64,000 nucleotides of DNA. Source: Dictyostelium discoideum. Taxonomy: Eukaryota. The DNA is taken from NCBI GenBank assembly GCA_000004695.1, contig CM000153.2, positions 4,480,001-4,544,000 of the forward strand, in the 5' to 3' direction. The translations under genes were made by a program, and so were the position numbers. Of this stretch, positions 46,380-59,811 are shown one piece after another; within the stretch, counting starts at the first letter, position 1, and each line of letters starts with the position of its first letter. Below the pieces are notes generated by a model. It saw nothing but the letters and a program-made list of their open reading frames with translations. It was not told where the DNA came from and did not search any database.

Positions 46380-48203
46380 TTAAACTATTGGTAATTGTAA
46401 TAAATCATTTGTTAGATTTGAATTATTTGGTTGATGGTGATGATGATGGTGATGATTATTTACAGAGATTGAATTATTCATTTGACTTTGCGTATTGTTA
46501 TCATTTGATGATGAAAATAATGAAGAATATAAAAGTTGTTGATTATTCATTGGATTTAAAGTTGATTGAGGAACGAAAAAGTTCATACATAAACCTTGAA
46601 ACCTTTCTAATTCTTTCTTGGATGGACAATTCTCACAGAAGCAACCAATACTATTGTTATTATTATTGTTACCTCCTTTTGTTGATGATACATCACTATT
46701 TGCATCACCAACACCAAGTTCATCCATAAATGTAGCAACCAATTGCTCTAAATCATCAGAACGTAATTGTTCAACCATTTTCGTAATAATATCTTTTCTT
46801 TCAGATTCTGGTACGTATTTAAATGCTTCGACAACTCTATTAAATGAATTTTGAAAATTACTCGATTGATTTTGTTGTTTTTGTTGTTGTGGTTGTACAG
46901 GTTGTTGTTTTTGTTGTATAGAAGAAGCAGAAGAAGAGGAAGTAGTAGTGGTAGTATTATTATTAGTCGAAGATACTTTTTGTTGTTTTGATTGATGATT
47001 TAATAATTGTTGTTGTAAATGTTGTTGATTTTTCTGTTTTGAAATATTGAAATCGATTGAATCATTATCGTCATCATCATTGTTATCATCGTCATCAGAT
47101 TCATCGGATTCACTTGAATCATTATTATTATTATTATATTTATTATTACCATTTGAATAAGAACTTAATGAAGGGGTAGAAGAATTTGAAGAATCATCAC
47201 AAATTGAACCACCACCATTTTGACAATTGGAATTACTATTATTATTATTATTATTATTATTTTGATCTTTTTTTGAACAATAAGGTTCCATATCGAATTC
47301 AATTAAATGTTGTTGATATAAATTTTTAATCCATTTACTTTGACTATCTTGAAACTTTTGTAATTTCTTTAATTTATCTGTAAGAATTTCATGAAATGTC
47401 TTTTTCTTTAATATTGGTATACCTTCTTTTTTAACATGATCAACTTTTGAAACGATTCTAATTGGATGAGAAACAACACAAAGATTATAGATTGGATTTG
47501 GTAATTGGGAATTTAAATTTGCTATTGAATTACCACCTATATTATTCAAGATGGTCATAATTGGTTCATTAGGTGATGGGGATGGTACACTTGTATGACT
47601 TATATGTAAAACTGCAAGAAACATTGAGCCTTGATGTTGTGATGAAAGAATACCAACCTTTACATCAACAACAACTTCAGTACCATCTTCACTAACGGTT
47701 GCAACATATTGTAATGGTTCATTATGAATAAAATCTACCATTTTTGGTGGATCACAATCATAGAGAAGTGTAGCTTTAATAACATAATTATGAAAATTGA
47801 ATTGTGGATCGTTTGATTTCATTGAAATACCAAATGGTGTGTTTTTAACTACAACATGAACTTGTTTTATAAAATTATGTGGTTTTTGAAGTTGACAAAG
47901 AACTTGTTGTACATAATAAGGATTTAAAGAATTTAAAGAATAAACACTCGATTGGTTATTGTGTTGTTGTTGTGAATGATTTTGTTGTTGTTGTTGTTGC
48001 TGTTGTTGTTGACCTTGTAATTGTAAAATTTGTTTATTTTTTAAAGCATTTGCAGCTGGACTACCATTTTTATTTATAATTGGTGAACCTCCATTTTGAA
48101 TTGAACTTATTAATGTTTGTAACTTTGGTGGAGAAAATTTAATCTCTTCTACAGCCACCGCACCTTGTTTTGTAATTTCAATTAAAGCTTGATTATAAAT
48201 CAT
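46380..48203 (-). CDS. Q/N-rich putative nuclear DNA-binding protein, paralog 2. 607 aa, single exon. Possibly a CudA-family regulator.
   Basis: The core reads VHVVVKNTPFGISMKSND...IKATLLYDCDPPKMVDFIHNEPLQYVATVSEDGTEVVVDVKVGILSSQHQGSMFLAVLHISHTSV...IYNLCVVSHPIRIVSKVDHVKKEGIPILKKK. It is collinear with the core of the 40436..42001 gene (VKNxPF, TLLYDCD, VDF, SQH, HxIxxxSK). A C-terminal segment RKDIITKMVEQLRSDDLEQLVATFMDELG is shared with paralog 1 (LSELLDLFITEGVGG). Flanks are poly-Q, poly-N, poly-H and acidic. Confidence 0.5.
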   Translation of the reverse strand: MIYNQALIEITKQGAVAVEEIKFSPPKLQTLISSIQNGGSPIINKNGSPAANALKNKQILQLQGQQQQQQQQQQNHSQQQHNNQSSVYSLNSLNPYYVQQVLCQLQKPHNFIKQVHVVVKNTPFGISMKSNDPQFNFHNYVIKATLLYDCDPPKMVDFIHNEPLQYVATVSEDGTEVVVDVKVGILSSQHQGSMFLAVLHISHTSVPSPSPNEPIMTILNNIGGNSIANLNSQLPNPIYNLCVVSHPIRIVSKVDHVKKEGIPILKKKTFHEILTDKLKKLQKFQDSQSKWIKNLYQQHLIEFDMEPYCSKKDQNNNNNNNNSNSNCQNGGGSICDDSSNSSTPSLSSYSNGNNKYNNNNNDSSESDESDDDDNNDDDDNDSIDFNISKQKNQQHLQQQLLNHQSKQQKVSSTNNNTTTTTSSSSASSIQQKQQPVQPQQQKQQNQSSNFQNSFNRVVEAFKYVPESERKDIITKMVEQLRSDDLEQLVATFMDELGVGDANSDVSSTKGGNNNNNNSIGCFCENCPSKKELERFQGLCMNFFVPQSTLNPMNNQQLLYSSLFSSSNDNNTQSQMNNSISVNNHHHHHHHQPNNSNLTNDLLQLPIV

Positions 48204-48963
48204 TCTTTAAAAAAATTTTAATAAAATTATAAATTAATTAATTATTATTATATTATTATTATTATTTGTTTATTATTATTTCTTTACTATATTAATTATT
48301 AATTTTTTTTTTTTTTGTAAGTGATGATGAATTTTTATAAAAAAAAATAATAATAATTAAAAAAGAAAAAATAATAATAATAATAATAAAAAAAAAAAAT
48401 AATAAAATAAAAATTAAAAAATTAAAAATTAATAATTAAAAAAAAAAAAAATTAAAAATAATAAATTTTTTATACTATATATGATTAATTATAAATATAG
48501 TAAAATTAAACACCACACTTTTTAAATTAAATATTACTATTTATAATTATGGTAAAATAATTATAATTATTATTTTTAGGGAATATTGATCGATTGATTT
48601 GTGATTTATTTTTTAATAATATGATTGAAACGATCGTTTATTTTTGGAAAAAAAAAAAAAAAAAAAATTTAAATGTGTATGTATTTTAAAAAATTGTTTA
48701 AATTAATTTATTTTCTTGGGATGGGAGGTGTTAATATTATTATTAAAATATTTAAAAAAAAATATAAATATATATATATAAGGGTATTTTTTTAAAAATG
48801 AAAAAAATTATAAAATATTAAAAAAAATTAGGAAAAAGATAAGGCGATTTTAAGATATTTATAGATAATTATTTTTCTTGAATGAAATTTGTTGGTTGCT
48901 CCAAATGGTTATTTTGTCAATGATATTTATTTGGAAGAATGTTTACTTTTTTTTTATACAGTA

Positions 48964-48995
<32 letters not shown>

Positions 48996-51488
48996 CTTTG
49001 TTTTTTTAATTATTTGTTTTTTATTTTATTTTATTAATTTTCTCTTTATTTTTTTAAAATATTACAAAAATTTGATCAATTCAAATTTTAATATTGGTTT
49101 ATTATAAGTAGTTATCATAACAATATTTTTAAAATTAAAAACACATACACACACACATACACATATATATAAACACAGAAATACATTCATTCTAACACGC
49201 ACTAACCCATTTTTAAAACTAAAAAACTCAAAAATACCCACGCACCTATATGTTGTTATTTATATAACATATTAAATTTAAAAAAACAACACACTACCCC
49301 CCTTTGTCCCCCATAATAATTTTAACCATAATTATATATATAGTATAAATATTAAAATATTTATTTATGATAACATAGGTGTTCCATATTTTTGTACAAA
49401 AATGGCAAGTAATTAATTTATAATAATATATATATATCACCATTTATAATATTTTAAAAATTATATCTGTGTATGTGTGTGTGTATGTGTATGTAAGTGT
49501 GTGATAGTATTATTTTAAAAATTGTTAATATACACAATTAAAAAAAAAAAAAAAAACACAATTTAAAAACAACCTCAAAACATATATTAAAACACACATT
49601 AACACACACATTAATAGAAACTCTCGCTTAAAAATTAAATACAAACCCCCACAATCTTATTTTTTTTATTTTTTTTCCATTTGTATTTATTTCTGATTAT
49701 TCACTTTTAAGTTTAATAGGAAAAAAAAAACAAGTGTTTGTTTTTAATGCTTGCATCATTATGGAATACAAAAAAAAAATTGTGGCGAATAGTTTATAAC
49801 AAATTTTTAAACTACAAAAAAAAAAAAAAATAAAATTAGTATTTGTTTTGTTTATAATAATACACTATCCCAGGATAGGTTAAAAAAAAAATAAAAAAAA
49901 ATTAAAAAAAATTAAAAAAAAATTTTGGATCAAACACGACGATGACCACATGATTTTTTTAATTGTTATTTATTGGGGAGTTTATTATGAACTGTGTATT
50001 TGCATATATCATTTTCAATTCAAGTAAATTGGCAACACTAATTATTATTTTCAAATAAAAAAATAAAAAAAATAAAAAATAAAAAAATAATATGTTAAAG
50101 TAATTTACTTAACATGTCCAAAATTTAATATCTTATTAATATCAAATAATTAATAATTCGATTATTTTAATCCAAATTAATAAAAAAAAAAAAAAAAGAC
50201 AAAGATCTATTAAAATTAATTATACGTGAACATCAACAAAATTATTTGAAATTATTTTTATACAAGTATCTCTTACATCAATTTTTTTTTAAAAAAACAT
50301 AATAATAAAAATAAAAGATCTTTTAAATCGGTATAAAAAAAAAAAAAAAATTATAATATCAATGGTAAAAAATAAAAAACATTTTTTTTTTTTTTTATTT
50401 TTTTTTTTTTTAAATAAATCAACCCGAACAAATTAAAGTCGAAAATATTGGTTTTGTGTTAAAAAAAAGAGTGAGCAAAAAACGATCAGTTTTATAAAAG
50501 ACAAAAAATAAAAAAAAAAAACTATTTTTTTTGTAAATTAAACACGTGAGCTTTTCCAATGAATAGAAAAAAAAAAAAAAAAAAAATTCTAAAAGGGGAC
50601 TTGGTTTGTAGATTTTTTAATTTTCACAAGTTTATTTATGTCGTTATCATTTTTATTCAAAGATTTTATTGTTTTTGGATTTGATTTAAAGTTTTGTTTT
50701 ATTTTTTGGAATAAAAAAAAAAAAAAAAAAAAATTATTAAAAAAAAAAAAAAAAAAGATATTTTCTCTTTATTTAAAAAAAACAATTTTTTTATTAGAAT
50801 TTTTTTTCAGAGATATTTTCAAGTTTTATTTTAATGAATGAAAATCATCAAATTTAGAAAAAATGATATAAATTTGCAACTTAAATAATATTTTTTAAAT
50901 TATTTTAAATTTTTTTTTTTTTTAAAAAATATAATTAATATCTTGACAATTCCTATTATCTCTTTCTATAAATTATATTTCTGTTTTGGTTATTTTAAAG
51001 AAAGTTTTTTTTATACAAAATAGTAAAAAAATAGAAAAAAAAAAAAAAAAAAAGATTAGAAGGAACCAAAAAAAAAAAATTACAACCCATTATTTGGGTT
51101 CAAAATAAATCCAAAAAATAATTATGAGATATTAAATATTAGCCAAAATTATATTTTAGCAAAATCATTTGTAATGAGATTTTTTGAACTTATATTATTA
51201 TAAAATCTCATTTTTCATATTTACAATTTTTTTTTAAAAAAGACAATTTAAAATCATACATCTTGTTCTTTGTAGTATACTCTGAAATAATTTTTTTTTT
51301 TTTTTAAAAAAAAAATAAAAAAAAAAAAAAAACAAAATTAAATTGTGTAGACTGATTGGATTTTTTTTTTTTATTTTTTTTTTACTTTTTATTTTTTTTT
51401 TATATATCATTTGGTTTTGTTTTGTGTTTGGTTATTTCCATTTACCAAGTCAATACAAATGCTACCCCTCACACTTTTTTTTTTTTTT

Positions 51489-51520
<32 letters not shown>

Positions 51521-51938
51521 GTTGATTTTCCAGTGATGGTTTTATCACAATTTTTTTTTTTTTAAAATTAAAAATCACCCAAAAATTACAAAAGACTTTA
51601 ATCCAAAACACCAATCATGAAACTATCATCATTTCAATTTAAAAAAAAAAAAATTTGCAAATGAAAAAAAAAAAAACCTTTATTTTAATATGAAATTATT
51701 CAATTTTCGATTTAAATCAAGGATACAAAAAAATTAGATATTTTTTTTTCTTTTTAAACACACGCATTAAAACATAATTGGTTACTATAATTATAAAAAA
51801 AAAAAATTTTACTAACCTATTTTTTTTTTTTTTTTTTTTGTCAAAATTTGTGCATCCTGAAAATTTTAATTATGTGATCACTTTTTTTCATTTTTTTTTT
51901 TTTTATTATTATTATTTATAGATATTTTCCATTTGTTG

Positions 51939-51990
<52 letters not shown>

Positions 51991-53356
51991 TAAAAAAAAA
52001 AAAAAGACAACCATTTTTTTTTTTTTCATATTCTCCAAACAAATAAAGAAAAAAAAATAAAACTAAAATAAAAATAGAAAATAAAATAAAATATAATAAA
52101 ATAAAATAAAATAAAATAAAATAAAACTATAAAATAAATATAAAAATAAATAAAACTATAAAATAAATATAAAAATAAATAAAAAAAAAATAAAAAAAAA
52201 AATAAATACCAAATTTTTTCTTTTACTTTAATTGGTTTAAGAATTCTAATCTGAAAGTAATTATTTTATATCACTTTTATATCTATTAATATTATTTTTT
52301 TTTTTTTTTTTTTTTTGTTAGCAACACCAATTTGTTTTAAAAGTTTCATCATTTATTTTTTTTTTTTTTTTAATATTTTTTATTTTTTTTTTTTTATTTA
52401 ATTTTTTTTTTTTTTTTTCAAGTCAAAAATTGATTGGATTGGATAGTTGTCTTAAAAATCTCAAAATTAGTTATTTCCTTTATAAAAAAAAAAAATTTCA
52501 CATAAAACCTTTTCTTTTTTTTTTTTTTTTTATTTTTCTTTTTTTTTGAAATTGATTGGATAAAATCTCATCAAATTAAATCAATTCACAATCCATTTTC
52601 TTTTTTAATTTTATTAAATTTAATTTATTTATTTCATTATTTTTATTTTATTTTTTTTTTATTATTTGAAAAAAAAAAAAAAGAATAAATAATACAAAGG
52701 TTAAAAAATTCTTTGTTTTTAAAAATAAAAATCACTTTCCAAAAATTTTTGTTAAAAAAAAAAAAAAATTTAAAAGAAACTTAAAAAATCCAATAATATA
52801 AAAGAAGATTAGATTTTATTATTGTGGAATTCCACACAAAACCTTTTAAATATTTTAAATACGAAGATTTACAGTTTTGTATAAAAAACCTAAACACCTC
52901 TATTTCTTTTGTTTGTTCCAAAACCCAAAAATACAATTGTTTGCTTTAATTTTAGCTTCTTTTTATATTTTATTTTATTTTTTTTTATTTTATTTTTTTT
53001 TTTTTAACCCCATCTTTTTTTTTTTTTCGCCCTCGTAAAAACCCACAAAAAAAAAAAAAAAAAAAAATTTCGTCAAAAAAAATAAAAATACCCCAAATTG
53101 TGGTTATTTTTAGAAAAAAGAAAAAATCTCAAAGTGGATCAATATTGAATTAACTTTTTCCACTTTGGTGATTTTACAAATTTTTTTCATTCACACTTTA
53201 AAATATCATATGCCAAGTTAATCATCATTAATTCGGGATTCAAATAATAATTTGTAAAAAACATCTTTTTCGTGTTAATTTTTTATTTTTTTTCTTTTCT
53301 TTTTTTTTTTTTTATTAGTGTGTGATCATGATATTTTGAATTCTTAAAAAAAAAAG

Positions 53357-53388
<32 letters not shown>

Positions 53389-55139
53389 TGCTTGCCGTTA
53401 GAAAAAAAAAAAAAAAAAAAAAAAATGATTACAGCAAAGGTTGAATTTGGGATTAGTGCTCAATTAATATCATCGATACGATATTATAATTTGATGATTA
53501 AAATTATAAAAAATATATTTTTTTTTTTTTTTTCATTTTTTTTTTAATTTTTTTTTTTTTTTGATGTAAATTTAAATTAAACTTTTCTTAAAAAAAAAAA
53601 AAAAAAAAAACCTTTTCTTTAAATTTCAACATAAATAATTTTTTTAAAAATACTTTAGTTTTTACAATTTTTTTTTTTTGTTTAAATAAAACCTAATTTT
53701 TATTTTTTTTTTTAAAAAAAAATATATTTTTTTTTTTTTTTTTTTAAAATTTTAATTTAACCAAAAAAAATTTTATTTAAACAATAATTATTTTTTCAGT
53801 TTTTTTTACCACTGAAAATAATTTTTGTTTATATCACTTTTTTTTAATAATAATATTAAATATAATAATAATAATAATAGTTAATAATAATTATTTTTAA
53901 TTTTTTTTAATCAATTAAGAATAATTTTTTTTTTTTCAAACTACCCCTTAAAATCAATTTTATAAAGTTTTTTTTGTTTTTTCCAGTACAAACAACTTCA
54001 TAAATTTATTTTTAATTTTTATTATTTTTCAATTTTTTCAATTTTTTCTATTTTCTAATAAATAATAATATCTTCTAATAATAAATAACCACTACCAATT
54101 CAAAAAACATTATCATCAATACTCTATACATACTTTTATAGATAAATCTTGAAATTTGAAAATCAACATTTTCATAAAATAAAACCCCAACTGTATGTTT
54201 TTATCCACATTAATATAATTTTTAATTATTTTTTATTTTCAAAAAAAAAAACACCACACACACACAAAACTTGGAATCCATATATTTTGTTATTTTTAAA
54301 CAAAAAAGTATGGCATCAGAATTTTAATTTTCAAATAATAGAGCTGGCTCTGTGAGCTCTTTTCTATTTTCATTGTCGTTATTGTTGTTGTTGTTTTTTT
54401 TTTTTTTTTTTTTTTTTTTTCTCTCTCTCTCTTTATAAAACACACATACTTTATGTTTTTCTTTTTTTCAACACCTAAGTGTTTAAAAAAAAAAAAAAAA
54501 GAAAAAAAAAAAAAAATCTCACCAAATCTATGATATATAACCCCTCCAATACCAATATAAAGATATAATTAATTTTTTTTTTTTTTTTTTGAAAATAAAA
54601 AAAAAAAATAAAAAAATAAAAAAAATAAAAAAATAAAACAACAACCAGTTTGATATTTGATCTCTTTATATCATAAAGAGTACGTTAAATCCAAATAATG
54701 ATCTGATTTTATAACTTTTTTTTTTTTTTTTTCCTCTCACTTTTTCTCTTTTCCAAATTTAAATTTCCACTCTCAATAAATTCTATTTTTAAAACATAAA
54801 AAAAAAAAAAAAAATAAAAAAAAAATAAAAAAAAATAAAAAAAAATAAAAAATATTCACACTTTCACACACAGACACACACACACACACACTCACACAAC
54901 CAATTTTTTATTTTTGTCACAGTGTTTGTTTTTTTTTTTTTAGAGCTATTTTTATTTTTATTTTTATTTTTTTATTTTTATTTTTGTTTTTATTTTTTTT
55001 TTTTTTTATTTATTTATTTATTTTTTTTTTTAATTATTTTTTCCTAAAAACAAACTCCCACTTTTATCATCACACTCACATAAACACAACACACAAACTG
55101 TAACAATAATATTTGTACAATTATACCATTAATAGGTTT

Positions 55140-55178
<39 letters not shown>

Positions 55179-55728
55179 CCACTTTTATTTTTTTTTTTTT
55201 TTTTTTTTTATCACATTAAAAAAATAAAATCACATGTGATACAATTTTATATAATTTTATAATTAACTCAGATCACATCATTTTTGTTTGAAAAAAGTAA
55301 TAGTAGTTACATTTTATTTTTAATTATAATTATTATTATTATTTTTTTTTTTTTTTTCCAATTTATTTTTTTGTTAAATTTTTTTTTATATTTATAATTT
55401 ATATTTTTATTTTCCAAAATTAGTTTTGATATTAATTATTAACATCAAATTTTTTATTTTTTTATTTTTACCTTCTCTAATAATATTTATTTTTTTGCTC
55501 AATAGATTCACATATTTTTCAAACTCAGTATAATAATAGAAACACTTTTATAAAATACACCACTCATAATCACCCACTTACACACCAACATTATTAGAAT
55601 CCAGAATCTATTTTTAAATACAAAATCACTCAAAGATTATTTTTTTTACTCAAATATATCAACTCTCTTCAATATCAATACCCTCAGAAAACACCTTTAG
55701 AATTGATTATTATAAAAATTTACAAGGT

Positions 55729-55759
<31 letters not shown>

Positions 55760-56015
55760 TTAAAAAATTAAAAAATTAAAATAATAATTAATAAAATAAA
55801 ATTATTCAATTATCATTATTACTAACTTCTAATTATATAATTTTGCCAAAAAATAAAAAAATAAAAAAATAAAAAAATAAAAAAATAAAAAAAAATAAAA
55901 AAAAAAATTAAATAATTTATTTTAAAAATAGAAAAAATTCAATTAATCACATAAATCACCACCATTACACAAAAATAAATAAATAAATAAATATATATAA
56001 ATAGATATTCAAAAA

Positions 56016-57056
56016 ATGGGTACACAAAATACTTTATTTGAATTTATTAAAACCATTACTCCTTCAAAAGAATATAATGATAAAGAAAAAGATCAATTAC
56101 TCCAAGAGATTTTACCATTAATAATTGGTAAATTAGTTAAAATTGGTGATGATGTATGTATAATATTTTTTTATTTATTATATATTAAAAAAAAAAAAAA
56201 AAAAAGAATTACTAATTTTAATTAAAGATTTTAAAAAGTACTGGAAAAAATTCACATGATCAATTTATGCCACCAAATAAAAAGTTACCAGCCATTACTA
56301 TTAAAGATTATTTATGTAGACTAATGAAATATTCTCCATGTTCAAAAGAATGTTTTATTTCATCCCTTTTATATATCGATAGACTTTTATTAGAATGTGG
56401 CCTTTCCATTAATTCTTATAATATTCATAGAATTTTAATTACTACTTTACTAATTTCAACAAAATATTTAGATGATATGTAAGTATATATAAATTATTAA
56501 CTTGGTATTATTATAAATTAATTTTTACTAATTTGTTTAATTTATTTAATTTTTTTTTTTTTTTTTTTTTTAAAGATTTTATAATAATGAATTTTATTCA
56601 CAAGTTGGTGGTGTTGGACTTAAAGAAATGAATACCTTAGAATTGGATTTCTTAAAACTTTTAAAATTTTCAGCATTTTGTCCAATACCATTATTTAATG
56701 AATACCAAAAAGAGATGGAGAATACTAAATCAAGATTCTTACTTGGCCCAAATCATCCAATAAATCAAATTAATATAATAACCACAATTAATAAATTACC
56801 AATTTCAATTATAAATAATAGTTCGCCATCATCTTCGCCAAGAAATTCTTCTTCATCAAGTTGTATTTCAACACCATCATCATCGAATCAAACTGTACCA
56901 AATTCTCCAACAAATGGTTCTGCAATTGTTTCTTCTCCAAATATAAATGTAAATTCAAATAATGGCAATACCGCTTCCGTTGTTCCACAATCAAATGTAA
57001 TAATTAATAATAGTAATAATAATAATAATAGTAATAATAGTAATATTAATACTAAC

Positions 57057-57087
<31 letters not shown>

Positions 57088-57128
57088 GTAATAATAGTAG
57101 TAATAATAATTCCCCAATAACTTTACCA

Positions 57129-57162
<34 letters not shown>

Positions 57163-57272
57163 GGTCAAATAGTTTTAATACGTTCCAAAGGCGTGGAAGT
57201 TGCGATTATGAAACCCGCTTGCCATCTCAGACCAATGAAAAGTCAACATTCCATACCAATTGCGCCGCTTGA
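56016..57272 (+). CDS. PHO80-like (P/U-type) cyclin. Three exons, 56016..56153, 56228..56478 and 56576..57272, giving about 361 aa.
   Basis: Exon 1 reads MGTQNTLFEFIKTITPSKEYNDKEKDQLLQEILPLIIGKLVKIGDD, with a GTATGT donor in phase 0. Exon 2, after the acceptor AAAG at 56226-27, reads ILKSTGKNSHDQFMPPNKKLPAITIKDYLCRLMKYSPCSKECFISSLLYIDRLLLECGLSINSYNIHRILITTLLISTKYLDD, with a GTAAGT donor in phase 2. Exon 3 reads (I)FYNNEFYSQVGGVGLKEMNTLELDFLKLLKFSAFCPIPLFNEYQ... This is the cyclin fold of the PHO80/PCL class. The C-terminus is S/N-rich low complexity. Confidence 0.65.
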
Positions 57273-57757
57273 TTTAAAAATGAACAAAAAAAAATTACCA
57301 CCAGAATCATTTTTATTAAAAAAAAATATTACTATTTGCCTTTATACAATCATACTTTTGGCAATCTTTTCATTTAATATTGTAAATAGACTTTCAAATC
57401 CTGCCACTAAAATTTTTAATTAACAATCCATCAACACTCCTCAACCCATCATTCAATTTCAAAACCACTCATACATTCAAACAAATATACATATACAAAC
57501 ACCATTAAAATTAATAGAATAATTATTATTACTATTAATATCTTCTTACCATTTTTTTCCCTATACCTTCCCCCCAATTTAATTTAATTTTGTAAAATCT
57601 TTTTTTTTTTATTTTTTTTTTTTTTTTCTCTCCCCCAACATTTTTTTTCATTCAAAATAAATGACACCTTTAATTTATATAAAAACTACCAATGTACAGT
57701 TCATCTTGTAAAATAATGACTAAAGATTATAAAAAAAAAAAAAAAAAAAAAAACTAA

Positions 57758-57791
<34 letters not shown>

Positions 57792-58475
57792 CAATAAATA
57801 AAAAAAATTTAATTATTTCTTTTTTTTCTAAGCAATTTTTTTTTTTTTTTAATTTTAATTTGGAATTTTATAAAAAGTAATATATATAAATATAAAAATA
57901 AAAATAAAAAACCTGATCATAATTAAATATTTTTAATTATTTATAAATTAATTAGTCAAAAAAAAAAAAAAATTAAAAAAAATTTACATTTTTAATATTT
58001 AATATTGATAATAATTTGGTTTATTTAAATTTACAACAGTTTAGCAAATTTTTATTTTTTTAAAATATATTTTAAAAAAGATTTTTAAGCGAATAAAAAA
58101 AAAAAAGATTATTTGAAAATTATATATATATTATGCTGGCGAATTATTTTAAAAATAGAATTATAAATTTTGAAAATGGATTAATAAAAAAATAAAATTT
58201 ATGGTCTGAAGAATTCTCTTTGGTAAATTCTGGTTACTTCATTTAATGTATAAATTGAGTTATTGTTACAATTATTTGATAAAATAGTTCTATTTTTTGA
58301 TGAAGATGATGATGATGATGATGATGAGATTGAAACTAATGATTCTATTGAAATTCATTTAAAAAAAAGAAAAAAGAATTTTTAAAAGGGAAAAATAGGA
58401 AAAAAGAAAAAGGATAAAAAAAAAAAAGATAAAAGTAAAAAGTAAAAAAAAAAAGTAAAAAAAGTAAAAGTTTTG

Positions 58476-58519
<44 letters not shown>

Positions 58520-59634
58520 TCATGATATGATAATTTCATTGCATTTCTAGATTGTTTGGGCATGTGGTTGAAGATAGAAAGATTATCCAAAAAATAAAAA
58601 AAATGTATCCAAAGAAAAAAAAAAAAAAATTGGGATATCCAAAATTTTAAAATTATAAAAAATAAAAAAGAAAAAAAAAAAAACCTAAACTTGCCTATAT
58701 TATCTAAGGCTCTTAATTAAATTAAATCCAAAATTTTTAACTCATAAAAAAAATATAAATAATCAAGTCATTGTTACAAATTTAAAAAAAAAGAAAAGAG
58801 AAGAAGAGTTGATCACCATGATCACATACTGAATAACATTTTTGATTCTTTTTAGTGGATTAAATAAGTTAAATTAAAAAAAGTAATTTTAAAATTGTAA
58901 ACTGCTATAAAACTTGAGAAATTTATGAAAAAATTAAATTTTTAAAAGAGAAGAGATTCTTTTATTTTTTTAATAGAGATTATTAAATTTGAAAAGAAAA
59001 GAGGGATAAAATATTGTTTAATTAAAAAAATATATTAAATATATTATTAAAGTATTTTTTTTTTTTTTAAAATTGTTGTTTTGGATTTATATTTGAAATG
59101 AATGAAATTTTTAATTAATTCAATTTGTTATTTATAGGTTTTTATTTTTATTTTTTTATTTTTTTATTTTTTATTTTTTTAAAATTATTTAATAAAATTA
59201 ATAATTTAAAATGTTTTGTTTTATTTTATTTTTTTTAATTCAACAATTAACTCTATACTTGTATCAAAAAGATTTTACGTTCTACCAATTTTATTATAAA
59301 AGATAGTAGAAGTACTTGTAAAAAATTGGAGAAAAATCAATACAACATAATTTTAAATAAATAAAAAAATTCAGTAATTTCCATTTTTTTCGATTATTTT
59401 TTTCATTGATCCCCATTTATATTTAATTTACTAGGCATTTTTTATTATTATGTGATATAAATAAAAAATAACAATAAAAGTTAAATCTAAAAAAAAAAAT
59501 TAAACTTTTGATTTTTTAAAATATATTTATAATAAAAGGTTTTTTTAAATGTCACCACAATATCTTTTATGATGGGGTCGGGTATGTTAATTACAAATTA
59601 ATTTTTCTTTTTTTTTTTTTTGTTTTTTTTTTTT

Positions 59635-59734
59635 NNNNNNNNNNNNNNNNNNNNNNNNNNNNNNNNNNNNNNNNNNNNNNNNNNNNNNNNNNNNNNNNNN
59701 NNNNNNNNNNNNNNNNNNNNNNNNNNNNNNNNNN
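59635..59734. other. Assembly gap, a run of exactly 100 N.
   Basis: A literal N run, flanked on both sides by poly-T tracts. Confidence 0.95.
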
Positions 59735-59774
59735 TTTTTTTATTTTAAAGTCTTCATTTTTAATTTTACAAACC

Positions 59775-59811
<37 letters not shown>

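Noticed and set aside
58261-58380. (GAT)n tract that could encode a poly-Asp terminal exon (FDEDDDDDDEIETNDSIEIHLKKRKKNF).
   Set aside because: There is no in-frame upstream exon or acceptor that I could connect to the cyclin gene or to any other ORF. It is probably a non-coding microsatellite.
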